Positions 63,596 to 64,000 of a DNA stretch of 64,000 bases are shown piece after piece. This stretch comes from Carcharhinus longimanus (Eukaryota). Each line of letters opens with the position of its first letter. Positions within the stretch are counted from its first letter, which is position 1. The position numbers were made by a program, and so were the translations under genes. The stretch is from positions 3,278,610-3,342,609 of the forward strand of contig JASCQW010000032.1 in the NCBI GenBank assembly GCA_030264375.1. Direction: 5' to 3'. The notes under the pieces are model-generated. The model did no database searches and was not told the DNA's origin. It saw nothing but the letters and a program-made list of their open reading frames with translations.

Positions 63596-63993
63596 GTATT
63601 TGCAATATTCAAAACATTATAGTAAATTGCAATTATATTTTTATCTTCTAAATTATATTTTAACCCAAACTTCTCTAACTTGTGTAAGAAAAAAGTACTT
63701 TTTTTTCTTAAGCATAATGCTGCATATTAAATTTTAAATATCGATCAGCCCATAATTTGATAGCCAGTGGATTGTAAAGACTGTGCAGCTCAGAATATGT
63801 AATAGTTTGAATAAAAGGAGCTGATAAACCTTTTTATCATTGAAGCCTAAATCTATATTCAAGGCCCACACTCGTGTGATAATTGCTGATGAGTGGTTTA
63901 TGATCTTATCCTTGTGGTGAACAGCAGTTTCTTTGTCTGTTTCCCCAGCTTTCCATTTACCTGAGCCTTACATACCTGTTGTCATTATTGCAG

Positions 63994-64000
63994 ATAAAAT
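63994..64000 (+). CDS. DGKG: Start of the next DGK exon (D-K...), cut by the window edge
   Basis: ttgcag acceptor. G+AT AAA gives DK, matching the expected ...LDCI-DK... continuation in phase 1. Only 7 nt are visible. Confidence 0.75.

Overview
This is eukaryotic genomic DNA from a cartilaginous fish, judged from its repeat repertoire (HE1/V-SINEs, CR1 LINEs, Penelope pLTRs). It comes from a gapped draft assembly. The window lies entirely inside one + strand gene, a type I diacylglycerol kinase, best read as DGKG with DGKB as the alternative. Six complete exons and the start of a seventh (3476-3592, 21872-21970, 27719-27835, 40525-40598, 45899-45973, 63510-63595, 63994->64000) splice in frame through GT-AG introns and encode the C1B zinc finger, the linker and the first half of the catalytic domain. 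The introns are mostly decayed transposons. Most notable: (1) an in-frame 36-nt candidate cassette micro-exon at 27580-27615; (2) three related variants of Penelope-derived repeats with minimal type I hammerhead ribozyme motifs, including ~200-bp head-to-head fold-back units (one with a 14-bp target-site duplication) and one apparently intact ribozyme antisense to the gene; (3) a Copia (GalEa-like) INT-RT-RNase H remnant with a nested inverted Penelope. Nearly all ORFs in the supplied track are spurious or transposon debris. Family assignments rest on motif recognition by eye, not database searches, and repeat boundaries are approximate.
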